A stretch of DNA of 64,000 nt from an uncultured Gemmatimonadaceae bacterium (GCA_963781585.1 CAWAGQ010000014.1:32001-96000), one strand, 5' to 3'; positions 29,129 through 39,298 are shown, counted from the first letter of the stretch. The notes: generated by a model not told the origin, from the sequence alone. Made by a program: numbers and translations.

Positions 29129-30063
29129 GAGCGTCGCTCCGGCAGCGGCGGAGGCGGCCAATGGTACAGAGTGATCATCGCCTCGCCGCCGGCTGCCTCG
29201 TCGCTCACGATCAGCACGCGGTCGCGCGTGACCGCGACGCCCTCGGCCTGCGGATGCGAGCCCGGAAGGGCGGTGACCCGCACCACGCCACCGGTCGGGG
29301 TGATTTCGACCAACGCGTGCTCGATCGACGCCACCATGACGTAGTCACCGGTGGCCGGGTCGATGGCAATGTCGGATGGGTGCAGACTGCTCCATCGAGT
29401 GGAGCCGATCAGGCGGCCGAGCGGCACTGTCATCATCGAAATGCGCGGTGACTCGGCCCCTTGCAAATTCCAGCGATAGATCACGAGCTGATCGCGCAAT
29501 GCCTTCTTCCTCACTTTCTTGCACGGAAGCAGCAGCGACTCGGAGCGGGGCTCGAACGCCACGCCCTCGAATTCGCATTCGTGCCCGAGCCGGGTGTCAT
29601 GGATCGCGAACGGCACGTGCGCTCCATCGGCGCCCTCGCGGAACTCGTACAGGGTGCCGTTGCTCTCGATCATGTAGATCGTGCCGTTGGCGATCGTCAG
29701 GCCTTCGAAGTCGCCGTGGATCGCGGTTGCGCCGACCGCGAAGCGCTTGAGAATGGTGCCGCCGCGCGGGTCGATCACGGTGATCAGGCCGCGTTCATCG
29801 CCGTTCGTCAGGAGACGCCCGTCGGCCGTGAGCGCGATGCCGGAGATCTCGCGCAGCGCCTTCGGCAACCACCAGCGCGCCAGCGGGACGGTGTCGTCGG
29901 CGAGCCGGGCGGGAGGCGACATGAGCCGGGTCGCGAACCGCACCCGGCGGGCCGCGCTTTCCGCCATCTGCGCGCGCGCGCTCATGCCGTCGCCCGCTGG
30001 ACGGCATCCCATCCACGCCATCAGCGCACACACCGATCCGATGAGCAGCCGATGGCGCGTCAC
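29125..30063 (-). CDS. SdiA-regulated (YjiK-like) beta-propeller protein, probable lipoprotein
   Basis: LREISGI, DFEGL, EFEGV, HPSDI, QAEGV, IVSDE; start reset to the GTGA overlap at 30063. Confidence 0.8.
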   Translation of the reverse strand: MTRHRLLIGSVCALMAWMGCRPAGDGMSARAQMAESAARRVRFATRLMSPPARLADDTVPLARWWLPKALREISGIALTADGRLLTNGDERGLITVIDPRGGTILKRFAVGATAIHGDFEGLTIANGTIYMIESNGTLYEFREGADGAHVPFAIHDTRLGHECEFEGVAFEPRSESLLLPCKKVRKKALRDQLVIYRWNLQGAESPRISMMTVPLGRLIGSTRWSSLHPSDIAIDPATGDYVMVASIEHALVEITPTGGVVRVTALPGSHPQAEGVAVTRDRVLIVSDEAAGGEAMITLYHWPPPPLPERRS

Positions 30064-31148
30064 GATGTCTCCTGGTGCTTGCGCTGTATCGCCTCCCCCA
30101 GCTCGAGCTCGGCGTTCCCGATGCAATCGACTCCACGCGCCCGGACCGCCGTGATGAGTTCTTCGCGCGACAGCGACTTGCCGATCCGGACCAGGTAATG
30201 GAGCTGCGACGGCTTGCCGACATGCGACACGACTTCATCGAGCAGCCAGCGCTTGGTCATCTTGTCGAGCACTTTCTGAACGGCGACCTGCGCCTCGCCG
30301 ACCTGGTCGGTGGTGACTGTCAGCACGGCGTTGAATCGCGGCTTTTTCGTCCTGGGACCCAGCACCTGGCGCATACGATCGAAGCGTTCGGCGAGCACCT
30401 CGACCTTCTTGGGAGTCAGCGCGAGCATCAGATCGCGATCAGGGACGTGACCGTTCCCGTTGGACCGGGCCAGGCTGTCGAGCGGCTGACTCCACTGGGC
30501 GACCGGCGTCGGCACGAGCACGTTTCGCCCGAAGTCGTAGCGCCAGGTGAGGAGGAGGACGAAGTTGAAGATCATCGATACGAAGGCGCCCAGGGCCAGC
30601 GTCTGCACGCCCGCGGCGAAGCCCACTGCGATCGCGAGGAAGATGAAGACGCTGTCGCGCGCGTCGCGCAGGGTGGTGCGGAATCGCACCGCCGCGACCA
30701 CGCCCGCCAGACTCAGGGCGAGGGCCAGACTGTCCCGCACCACGAAGACCACGCCCGCGATCACCAGCGGGAGGATGATGAGGGCCTGAGCGACCGACTG
30801 GTTATGGCCCGGCGTTTCCCGCGCCGACATGTACACCCAGGACACGGGGAGCATGAGCGCCAGTGTCCCCAGCAGCGACACGAAGGTGGTGATCCCGATT
30901 CCCGGCAGCGAGTCGGACGTGAAGACGGGCAGCTGGGCGCTCGCCGGACTCAGTCCGTCCTGGAGCAGCCGGGTGGGCCCGGCTCCCGCGCCGAGCGTAT
31001 CGCCGAGGAGCAGGTGATTCAGAGGAGGAAACAGCCACAGCAGCAGGGTGGTCACCCCGGCGAGCACCGCGTAGTACGCGAGCAGGCACCGCAGGGGACG
31101 ATCCGAGCCGCGAGTGATGAAACCGATGGTGCGTGAGACGATGGACAT
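30060..31148 (-). CDS. DUF4956-like membrane protein
   Basis: SLALALSLAGVVAAVRFRTTLRDARD..FIFLAIAVG signature; multiple TM segments. Confidence 0.8.
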   Translation of the reverse strand: MSIVSRTIGFITRGSDRPLRCLLAYYAVLAGVTTLLLWLFPPLNHLLLGDTLGAGAGPTRLLQDGLSPASAQLPVFTSDSLPGIGITTFVSLLGTLALMLPVSWVYMSARETPGHNQSVAQALIILPLVIAGVVFVVRDSLALALSLAGVVAAVRFRTTLRDARDSVFIFLAIAVGFAAGVQTLALGAFVSMIFNFVLLLTWRYDFGRNVLVPTPVAQWSQPLDSLARSNGNGHVPDRDLMLALTPKKVEVLAERFDRMRQVLGPRTKKPRFNAVLTVTTDQVGEAQVAVQKVLDKMTKRWLLDEVVSHVGKPSQLHYLVRIGKSLSREELITAVRARGVDCIGNAELELGEAIQRKHQETS

Positions 31149-31450
31149 GCCTGGTTCCGTTGAGAGGGCCGATGAAGGCGCGGACAGGGATCCCATCATA
31201 CCCGTCGTTTCGTCGGGTGAGTTCCGCGGAGGCGCCCTGCTCAGCCATACCGCGTCCGGATGAGCGCGTCGTGTGCCGCGATCGGAGAAGGCCGGTCTGA
31301 TGCCAGCGGGGGATACGGCGGCCTGATCGGGGTTTCGGCGTGCCGCGTCGCGGCCGATCGGCGTGGCCGCCGGAGCGCGCCGTGCGGCCTGTTGGAAAGG
31401 AAGGCGCGCCCGGTCAGCCGGTCGCCGGTGCGCCTAACGAGTGACCGGCG

Positions 31451-32623
31451 TCAGGCGGGGGATGTGGAGGCGCACGGGTCGCTGTTGTGGGCCAGGCAGA
31501 ATTCCGCGGCTGCTTCGATCGAGAGCTGAAACGTGAACGTCGCCGGATTGCCGGTCGGGTAGTAGAGCGAGCCCTGATGCTGCACCAGCGTACAGACGAT
31601 CGCGGCGAACGACGGATCGGTCCACAGCGACGTGTACGTCTTCAGGACCGACGCCGGGTCCTGGGTGGGATCGAACGCCATCGAGAGCTGCCACCCGGCG
31701 GCGATCAGATCCTGCACCATGATCTTCTGGGCGCCCGCGCAGTTGGCAGGCAGCAGCTTCCCCGAGCCTACGGTCTTGAAGCCCTGCGCCCGGGCATAGA
31801 AATAGTAGGGATGATTGGCGGCCAGCACCGGCGTCGTCAGGCCGGACACGATTTCGACCGTGGCCGCCTGGTTGACGCCAAGCGAGACCCCGAACAACTC
31901 GCTGAACACGGTGCGGGCCGGCGCGCCGTAGACCATCAGCGGAATGGAGTAGGCCGGGCTCAACGCGCTCGGGGTCAGCAGCGTCGTGAGCTGCGCCAGT
32001 TGATAGTTCTTGAAGTAGTCGGTCGGCGTCACCGTCGGCGAGATGTTCGTCCCCTGATCGTCCGACGCCGCGATTGGCGCGCTGTCGATGACCACGTTCA
32101 GCCGTTGCTGTACGCCGGCGTCCACTGCGCCATTCATCTCCAGCAGCTCGGTCCAGCGCGCCGGAACCGCGTCGTTCAGGTAATCCTGCGACGGGTTGAG
32201 CAGGTTCATGGGCGGATAGTGGAAAAGCTGGAGCCCCAGCGGATTCACCATCGCCATGCCCAGCGGCAGCATGAAGCGCCAGCCGTCGCTGGTCGGATCC
32301 CAGAGCCCGGCCGTCTTGATGGCCGGGATATCCGTGAAGAGGGCGCCAGCGCCGTTCGCCAGGAACGCCGGCAGCCGGGTCTGATAGGTCGTCACGCCTG
32401 GAGGCAGGTCGCCGGCGGCGCTGATGTCGAGAACGAGGCTCGATCCGTCCTGCCGTACTGCCGCGGACACGCCCTGGGCGACGTAGCCATCGCGATCCAG
32501 TGTCTGCTGAAACCAGTGCAGAATGGTGTCGGACAGCGTCGCGCCGCTGCCGGGAACGTTTGGACACGAGTAGAGCTGCGTTAGGCGGTCGGCATCGCCG
32601 AGGGATACCGAAACGGTAGTCAT
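31451..32623 (-). CDS. Hypothetical protein (possible uracil-DNA-glycosylase-like fold)
   Basis: 390 aa ORF with protein-like composition; LMVYGAPA and LAANHPY motifs; start reset to MTTVSV. Confidence 0.7.
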   Translation of the reverse strand: MTTVSVSLGDADRLTQLYSCPNVPGSGATLSDTILHWFQQTLDRDGYVAQGVSAAVRQDGSSLVLDISAAGDLPPGVTTYQTRLPAFLANGAGALFTDIPAIKTAGLWDPTSDGWRFMLPLGMAMVNPLGLQLFHYPPMNLLNPSQDYLNDAVPARWTELLEMNGAVDAGVQQRLNVVIDSAPIAASDDQGTNISPTVTPTDYFKNYQLAQLTTLLTPSALSPAYSIPLMVYGAPARTVFSELFGVSLGVNQAATVEIVSGLTTPVLAANHPYYFYARAQGFKTVGSGKLLPANCAGAQKIMVQDLIAAGWQLSMAFDPTQDPASVLKTYTSLWTDPSFAAIVCTLVQHQGSLYYPTGNPATFTFQLSIEAAAEFCLAHNSDPCASTSPA

Positions 32624-32834
32624 GAGCGCCTTCGCGTGGGGGGGGGAAGCGGCCCCAGCCTGTCGGACGGGGCGCAATATACACACCCCGGCCGCCCTGT
32701 CGACTTCAGCGGTGTCCCGAACCGACGCCCGGTGAATCGAGCCAACCAGTAGCGCGAGATCCACTGCGAGTCGGATGGTGCGCTTCGCGGCCGGACCGTG
32801 CCCGGCAGCGAACGCGAGATTGGCGGGCGCTAAC

Positions 32835-34769
32835 CTACAGCGCCGCCACGAGCTGCCTGAGTGCCGTCAGCCGCTGCGTGAGCGCGTCACGCCCACCCAG
32901 TTTCTCCATCCGTTGCAGGATCGGATCGGGAAGGAACTCGCGGTCCGTGCACTCGATCATCGCCGCCACTTCCTGCAGCTCGCGTTCGATGCCCTGGGTG
33001 GAAGGCATGAATCGCGCGACGACCTCGCGGAGCGCGTCGGCGGTGACCCCGCTCGCTCCCGCCAGCAGCGACCGCCGCCACGCCCGACCCACCATCCCTT
33101 CGATGTCGGCACCGGAAATCTGCCCCTTCTGCGGAATCGCCGGTACGTCCCCGGCGCGGAGCGTCGTGCCGAGCTTCTTCGCCATCACCACGAACAGCTG
33201 GCGGACTTCGTCCTCGTCGTGCGGATAGAACAGCGGAATGTGCACCTCGGCCCGCCCCTGCCGCTTGATGTCGATCGGCAGGAGATCGGGCCGCGCCGTG
33301 AGCAGCATCCACAGGATCCGCCCGCGATAGCGCGTGTCGCCCATCTGGGTGGCGATCATGCCGAACACCCGGCTCGACGTGCCCGAATCGCCCTCCATGT
33401 CGCGGTCGCCTAACGCCGCGTCGGCTTCGTCGATGATCACCATCACCGGCCCCATCGCCCGCAGCACCGACAACACGCGCTCGAGGTTTCCTTCCGTCTC
33501 GCCGACGTATTTGGACCGGAAGTTCTTCAGCATCACGCACGGAATGCCGATCTCGCCGGCGGCGCACATCGCCAGAAAGGACTTGCCCGTTCCCACCGGT
33601 CCGCACAGCAGGTATCCCATGGGCACGCAGTCGAGCGCGCCACGGGCCAGCAGCGCCGCGTCGTCCCGCAGCCGCTGCTTCGCCGCGTCGTGTCCGATGA
33701 CCGTGTCGAGCTTCCACTTCGACTCGACGAACTCCAGCAGGCCCTGCCCCTGACGTTCCAGCAGGCGTTTCTTCTGCGCGCGGAACAGCGGGGCGTCGAG
33801 CCGCTCGCCGCCATCGGCTGCCGAACGAATGAGCACCGACAGGTCGTTGAGCGACATGCCCGCGCTCAGCGTCGCCAGCTGCTCAGGCGAATAGTCCGAA
33901 ATCGCGCTCCAGGTGACCACGGCCGGAGCGTATTGGGGGGGCGCGAGCGACCCACCGCCGGCCGCGTCGGGACGCCCGATGGTAGCCTCCTTCGCCCCAC
34001 CGGTTCGCGGGGGGTCGGTCGCGCTGGGCGCCGAGGCCGCGTCGCGCACGAAACCGAGTCGTTCGCGCTCGCCAGGGAGCGGGACCTCGATGGTGGCGAC
34101 GTGCGGATTTCCCGTGATGCGGTCGCTCAGGTCGGTCCGGCGCTCATCGATCAGCACGAACGCCATCTCCAGCCGCTTCACCTGCGTGCTGGTGGCCCAG
34201 TTGAGCAGCGTGACCGCCATGCCAGACGCCGGAAAGCTCAGACGCCCCGGCTCGCCGGCCGGGAGGAGATACGACGCGCTGCTGACGATGAACGCGAAGC
34301 GCAACCGCTTCTCGGGCGGCGCCATGATGTTCTCGCGCACGAACAGGTCGATCACGTTGAAAACGATCGTGGGATCGTTCTTCAGCGTCGACAGGTCGCC
34401 GATGCGTCGGGTGGCCAGCGCCACCATGTCCTTCAATCGCCGCTCGTTGCGCCCGGCGAACGCGCGCAGCCCGCGCCCCAGGTCGTAGTGCAGGATGAGG
34501 TCCCACTGGCCGAACATCTGCTCGGACAGGAAGTCCACCAGCCCGCCGAACGGCGCGCGCTCGGGCGCATCCACATCGGCCAGCGCGACCAGGTCGTAGG
34601 CGTTCCCGTGCAGCACGAACACTGACGTGGTGCCGGAGAAGTACAGATCGGCGAGCGAAATCGCCCACCCCGGATACCAGGCAGGCAATTCGTCGCGACG
34701 GGGCCGACGTCGCTCCGACTCCCCGGTGTCCGTCACGCCGGCAGGTGTCGCGGCCGACTCAGTGCTCAC
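32835..34769 (-). CDS. Classical AAA+ ATPase with degenerate N-terminal domain (Ycf46-like architecture)
   Basis: Walker A GPVGTGKS, pore loop SKYVGETE, Walker B IIDEAD, arginine-finger region KRQGR; start reset to GTG 34769, overlapping the upstream gene. Confidence 0.9.
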   Translation of the reverse strand: MSTESAATPAGVTDTGESERRRPRRDELPAWYPGWAISLADLYFSGTTSVFVLHGNAYDLVALADVDAPERAPFGGLVDFLSEQMFGQWDLILHYDLGRGLRAFAGRNERRLKDMVALATRRIGDLSTLKNDPTIVFNVIDLFVRENIMAPPEKRLRFAFIVSSASYLLPAGEPGRLSFPASGMAVTLLNWATSTQVKRLEMAFVLIDERRTDLSDRITGNPHVATIEVPLPGERERLGFVRDAASAPSATDPPRTGGAKEATIGRPDAAGGGSLAPPQYAPAVVTWSAISDYSPEQLATLSAGMSLNDLSVLIRSAADGGERLDAPLFRAQKKRLLERQGQGLLEFVESKWKLDTVIGHDAAKQRLRDDAALLARGALDCVPMGYLLCGPVGTGKSFLAMCAAGEIGIPCVMLKNFRSKYVGETEGNLERVLSVLRAMGPVMVIIDEADAALGDRDMEGDSGTSSRVFGMIATQMGDTRYRGRILWMLLTARPDLLPIDIKRQGRAEVHIPLFYPHDEDEVRQLFVVMAKKLGTTLRAGDVPAIPQKGQISGADIEGMVGRAWRRSLLAGASGVTADALREVVARFMPSTQGIERELQEVAAMIECTDREFLPDPILQRMEKLGGRDALTQRLTALRQLVAAL

Positions 34770-35634
34770 GAGCCATCGTCCGGCCCAAGTCGGCCTCCAG
34801 GATCGCCGGCGGGTCGGCAATCTGATCGGCCAGTCCCGAAAGACTCTGCAGCTGCTTCACGGCGTCCTCCGTCTGCTGCATGCTGTCCACGGCGGCCGTC
34901 ACCTGCGTGCTGAAGGTGTCGGGATCCTGCCGGCTCACCCCCATCTCCAGGAGCGCCTGGATCTTGGTCTCGATCCGGTCGAGCTCCACCGAGACGAACT
35001 CGGCGTCCTTCATACTCTTCTTATAGTTGTCGAGCCGCAGCTGGGCGTCTGCCAGGCTGTCCTGGAGTGATCGCGTCACGCGCTCGTCCTTCTCCTTCTG
35101 CGCGGCCGCCAGGCGATCCTGCACGTCCTTCAGCCGCAGCGACAGCTCTTCTTCACTGGTGCTCTTGAGGAATCGGTCCAGGCCGGCCTGGGACACGAGC
35201 AGCCGGAGGAAGAGAAAGAGCAGGCGGTCGAGGGCCGGCGTCCGGATCGAATCGGCGGAGTCGGAGCCGGTCGACGTCCGGCCCATCACGCCCGAGGCGA
35301 TGTCGCGCATCTCGAAACAGCGCTGGCGCAGCAGCAGAAAGCGCCGGAGCGATTGCGGCGGCAGGCCATTGATCATCCGCTGCAATTGTGCCGACGCCGT
35401 CGCGCTGGCCACGCGCCCGTCGATGCCCGCCCGTCCGGCGCTGGCGGCCTTCGCGTCAATGGCGGTACGGAAGCGCGGAATGGCAGTGAGACCCGTGAGG
35501 TAGGCGAGCTCCAGCCCGAAGGTGATGGGGACGAGCGCGTCCGGCCAGGGCGACAACGTTGCCAGCCCCACTCCTCCGAAGAAGAAGAGCAGGTTCCAGG
35601 GATACAGGAAGGCGGCCTTGAAGTATTTGAGCAA
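34759..35634 (-). CDS. Membrane-anchored coiled-coil protein
   Basis: Two N-terminal hydrophobic helices followed by long charged helical heptads. Confidence 0.8.
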   Translation of the reverse strand: MLKYFKAAFLYPWNLLFFFGGVGLATLSPWPDALVPITFGLELAYLTGLTAIPRFRTAIDAKAASAGRAGIDGRVASATASAQLQRMINGLPPQSLRRFLLLRQRCFEMRDIASGVMGRTSTGSDSADSIRTPALDRLLFLFLRLLVSQAGLDRFLKSTSEEELSLRLKDVQDRLAAAQKEKDERVTRSLQDSLADAQLRLDNYKKSMKDAEFVSVELDRIETKIQALLEMGVSRQDPDTFSTQVTAAVDSMQQTEDAVKQLQSLSGLADQIADPPAILEADLGRTMAREH

Positions 35635-35651
35635 GACGGCGGGTGGGGTGG

Positions 35652-35700
35652 GAGTCCAGAGTCCAGGGTCAAGAGTTGAGGGTCGAGAGTCCGGAGTCCA
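35652..35700. repeat. Degenerate 7-bp tandem array, 7 units
   Basis: GAGTCCA GAGTCCA GGGTCAA GAGTTGA GGGTCGA GAGTCCG GAGTCCA. Confidence 0.8.
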
Positions 35701-35780
35701 GCCGGAGATCGGAGGTTGATGGTCAGACGTCGGGAGTCAACGCACCGAACTGCCGGCACCTGGACCGCTCTTGTCTGCCT

Positions 35781-36719
35781 TCATTCGTCCCCCGCGCGTG
35801 TGGAGCTTTCCAGTCCTTCCATCACGTCGCGAATCTCGAACACCAGATCCATGAAGTGCTTCTGGCGCTGCATCTCGCGCGCCGGAAAATCCGGGGGCGG
35901 AACGGAGAGCTGCTTCAGGATGGTGCCGGGTGCCGACGAGATGATGAACGTGCGGTCGCCAAGATACACGGCTTCTTCGACATCGTGCGTCACGAAGAAC
36001 ACCGTCGCTTGCGTCTCACGCGCCAGGTTCACCAGCAGATCCTGCATGTTGAGCCGGGTGCGCGGATCGAGCGCGCCAAAGGGTTCGTCCATCAGCACGA
36101 TCTTCGGTTCGAGAATGAGGGTGCGCGCGATGGCGACCCGCTGGCGCATGCCGCCCGAGAGCTGGTGCGGATACTTCTCGGCATCACGGGCGACGTCGAG
36201 CCCCACCTTCCCGATCCAGGCGGACGCCCGCTCCCGGCGTTCGTGGGCGCCGACGCCGCGGCATTCGAGGCCGAACGCCACGTTCTCCAGCACCGTGCGG
36301 TTATCGAACGACGTGTAGTCCTGGAACACCATGCCGCGGTCGGCGCCCGGACCGATGACCCCGCGCCCCATCACCAGCACAGCTCCCGACGTCGCCGGGT
36401 GCTGAGGCCCCAGCCCCGCGATCAGCCGGAGGATGGTGGACTTGCCGCATCCGGAGGGGCCGAGGATGGTGATGAACTCCATGCCCTCGGGCCGGTCGGC
36501 GATCGAGAACGAGATGTCCTTGATGGCCGTGAAGCCGTTGTCGTAGGTCTTGGTGACGCGGTCGAACGACACCACAGGGGGCGGTGCAATGGCCGCGGCG
36601 GCCGGCCGCGCACCGAGGGCCGCCGAGGTCTCGCCCGCCGGCAGACCAGACGCGCTCGTGTCGCGAAACGCCGTGCCGCCGGAGGCGTCGGCGCCCGCGT
36701 GCCGGGATGGCGTGCTCAC
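35781..36719 (-). CDS. ABC transporter ATP-binding protein (NitT/TauB/SsuB type)
   Basis: GPSGCGKS, MVFQ, LSGGMRQR, LMDEPFGALD, VTHD. Confidence 0.95.
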   Translation of the reverse strand: MSTPSRHAGADASGGTAFRDTSASGLPAGETSAALGARPAAAAIAPPPVVSFDRVTKTYDNGFTAIKDISFSIADRPEGMEFITILGPSGCGKSTILRLIAGLGPQHPATSGAVLVMGRGVIGPGADRGMVFQDYTSFDNRTVLENVAFGLECRGVGAHERRERASAWIGKVGLDVARDAEKYPHQLSGGMRQRVAIARTLILEPKIVLMDEPFGALDPRTRLNMQDLLVNLARETQATVFFVTHDVEEAVYLGDRTFIISSAPGTILKQLSVPPPDFPAREMQRQKHFMDLVFEIRDVMEGLESSTRAGDE

Positions 36720-37561
36720 TCTCGCTGGAAGCGGTACGGGAAGAGGCCGCGCTGAAACCAGTACAGCAGGCGGTCGATGCCGTAGGCCAGCAACCCGATG
36801 AGGAACAGAATGGCGAAGATGTGTTCGGTGAGGCCCCGCCGCTGGCTCGTCATCAGCAGATAGCCCAGGCCGTGCTTCGCGTTCACCAGCTCGGCGAGCA
36901 TGATGTAGCCGAACGCGAGCCCGAACAGGCTGCGCAGGCTGCTGAAGATGTCGGGCAGCGCCAGGGCGATCAGTACCTTGGTGATCACCTGCCGCGACGA
37001 GGCGCCTAACGTCTGGGCGGTCTCGACGTACCGGTTCTGCACGCTGCTCACCGCCTGGGCCGCATTGAAGAACACGAACGGCACAGTGGAAATGAAGATG
37101 AACATCGTCTTCTGCGCTTCGTCGATCCCGAACCAGAGGATCGTGAGCGGGATCAGGACCGCCACCGGGATGTTGCGCGCGAAGACCGACAACGGGTTGG
37201 TCAGGGCGTCGAACAGCCGGTAGGCGCCGGCCAGGATGCCCAGTGGTACGCCGATGGCGATGGCCAGCAGAAAGCCGCTGAACACCCGCTGGAGCGTAGC
37301 CGCCACCGACGCGAGCAACGCCCGCTCACGGAACAGCGACGGCAGGCTGCGGATCACTTCGCCCGGACTCGGGAGGAGCACCGGCGAGACGAGGCGCGTC
37401 TCCGGCGTCTTCCCCAGCGTGAGCCCCCACCAGATCAGCACCGCGATGGCGATCCCCACCAGGCCAAGCGCGTTCCGGACCAGCACCGGAGGCTCGCTGC
37501 GCAGCGCGAACAGGCGCTGCAGCGATGACGGCTTGCGCTCCGCCACGGCGACGCCTTCCAC
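36716..37561 (-). CDS. ABC transporter permease (TauC/SsuC type)
   Basis: LLPSP, about 6 TM segments, EAA-like ETAQTLGAS, AELV..GLGY. Confidence 0.93.
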   Translation of the reverse strand: MEGVAVAERKPSSLQRLFALRSEPPVLVRNALGLVGIAIAVLIWWGLTLGKTPETRLVSPVLLPSPGEVIRSLPSLFRERALLASVAATLQRVFSGFLLAIAIGVPLGILAGAYRLFDALTNPLSVFARNIPVAVLIPLTILWFGIDEAQKTMFIFISTVPFVFFNAAQAVSSVQNRYVETAQTLGASSRQVITKVLIALALPDIFSSLRSLFGLAFGYIMLAELVNAKHGLGYLLMTSQRRGLTEHIFAILFLIGLLAYGIDRLLYWFQRGLFPYRFQRE

Positions 37562-37567
37562 GGCCGG

Positions 37568-39298
37568 CTACTTCGCCTCCAGCGGATATACCTTGATCTC
37601 GACGCGCCGGTTCTTGGCGTTGTTGTTGGGATCGTTCGCATCCGCCGGACGGTCCCAGCCCACCCCCACCGTGCTGAACTGGTTCGGCTGCAGCGAGGGG
37701 AACTTCCGCAGGAGCGACTGCTTGACCGCGTTCGCGCGCCGCAGCGACAGCTCCTGCACGTCGGCCGCGGTCACCCCCCCTGACCCGCGCATCGACGCGT
37801 CGGTGTGCCCTTCGATGACGATCCGGGCGGCACCGAACTGGCCCGACAGGCGTCCGGCCTCCTCGATCACGGCCGGGGCCTCGGGATCGTACAGTTCTTC
37901 GACCGCTTTCCCGTTCTCCTGCTTGGTGATTTTCTTGTCGATCTCGTCGGAATTGGGATAGAAGTGGATGACGATCGTCTTGGTCAGGATTTCATTGCTC
38001 TCGGCCTGGATCGTGGAGGCCGAGGCCGGCACGAACTGGACGTCGTACTCGCTCTTCTGGTTGGCGTAGAAGGGCTCGCTGCCGAGCTTCTTGATGATCG
38101 AGAAGTCCATGACTTCGTCGAACGGCACCGGTGTCCCGGACACGCTGCCGATGCGCTTGTAGAGGAAGTACGCGGTGTTCCAGGTACGCTCGAAGTTGGT
38201 GGGGTTGTTCTGGTTGAGGAAGAACTCGCGATTCTCGGCGTAGTTGGTCGAGTGCGCGTCGCCGAGCATCGCCAGCGCGTCCTTCTCCGGAATGGAATAG
38301 CCTGCGGCCATCAGCGACGCCGCCTGCGCCTTCCCGTCCTGGGACTTCAGGGTCTCCATCGACTCGAAGATCCCGCGCACCAGTCCTTCGACGATCCCCG
38401 GGTTGTCCTTGGCAAAATCGGCCCGGGCGAACCAGACGTCGGCGATCAGCTTGTTGGCCGTCTGCGTGTTCACCAGCATGCGGTTGCCCTTGGCCTCCGA
38501 CAGATTGTAGATGTCGGGCGACCAGCTCACCGCACAGGCCACGCTGCGGTCGGCGTTGAACGCCGCCGCGGCCTGGAAGGCATCCTGCGTGAACTTGGTG
38601 TTGATCTCGTTCGGCTGGACGCCGCCGCTGATCAGCGTATTGAGCAAGAAGTAGTGCGAAGGGGAGTTCTGCGCGAGCACCACCGTCTTGCCCTTCATGT
38701 CGCTCACGCTCTTGATGGTCTGGCGGCAGACGATTCCGTCTCCCCCGTTCGACCAGTCGATCTGCTGATAGATCCGCGGCATGGTCCGCGAGTCCTTGCG
38801 GAGCTGCTCCACGAACAGCGGCACCATGTCGAGTGTCGCCCAGCCGATGTGGATCTTGCCCGACGCATACGCGTCGCGCATCGCCACCGGGTCGTCGATC
38901 AGCACCAGCTCGAGCTTGAACGTCTTTCCATTTGGCGCCTTCCACGCCTTGCCGGCCTTGAAGCCGCCGTTGGCGAGAATCACCGGGGCCCAGCCGGCCC
39001 ACACGTTGAGCGCCATCCGCACCGTGTTGTCGACCAGCGGCTCATACGCCGACGTGCCCTTCACCTCGGGCAGCTTCGCACCGGGGACGTAGGTGTACTC
39101 CTTCACCGTAGTGGCCGTGGAGTTGTCCGGCGCCTCGGACACGTTCCCCTTCATCTTCGCCAGCTCGTCGGCCGACACCGAACCGCCCGTGTCTCCCGCG
39201 CCGCGACCGCTGAACCGGTTGACGCCGAAATACACCAGCGCTCCCACGATCAGGAGCATGACCACGTAGAATGCGGGTCTTGGCTTGCCGTTAGCCAT
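37568..39298 (-). CDS. Membrane-anchored NMT1/SsuA-like binding protein fused to an OmpA-like peptidoglycan-binding domain
   Basis: N-terminal TM; WAGWAP, DWSNGGDGI, SWSP; C-terminal IEGHTD..LSLRRANAV..NRRVEI. Confidence 0.9.
   Translation of the reverse strand: MANGKPRPAFYVVMLLIVGALVYFGVNRFSGRGAGDTGGSVSADELAKMKGNVSEAPDNSTATTVKEYTYVPGAKLPEVKGTSAYEPLVDNTVRMALNVWAGWAPVILANGGFKAGKAWKAPNGKTFKLELVLIDDPVAMRDAYASGKIHIGWATLDMVPLFVEQLRKDSRTMPRIYQQIDWSNGGDGIVCRQTIKSVSDMKGKTVVLAQNSPSHYFLLNTLISGGVQPNEINTKFTQDAFQAAAAFNADRSVACAVSWSPDIYNLSEAKGNRMLVNTQTANKLIADVWFARADFAKDNPGIVEGLVRGIFESMETLKSQDGKAQAASLMAAGYSIPEKDALAMLGDAHSTNYAENREFFLNQNNPTNFERTWNTAYFLYKRIGSVSGTPVPFDEVMDFSIIKKLGSEPFYANQKSEYDVQFVPASASTIQAESNEILTKTIVIHFYPNSDEIDKKITKQENGKAVEELYDPEAPAVIEEAGRLSGQFGAARIVIEGHTDASMRGSGGVTAADVQELSLRRANAVKQSLLRKFPSLQPNQFSTVGVGWDRPADANDPNNNAKNRRVEIKVYPLEAK

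Noticed and set aside
35652..35700. Heptamer array as a CRISPR remnant
   Set aside because: Units are 7 bp with no spacers, and there are no cas genes.
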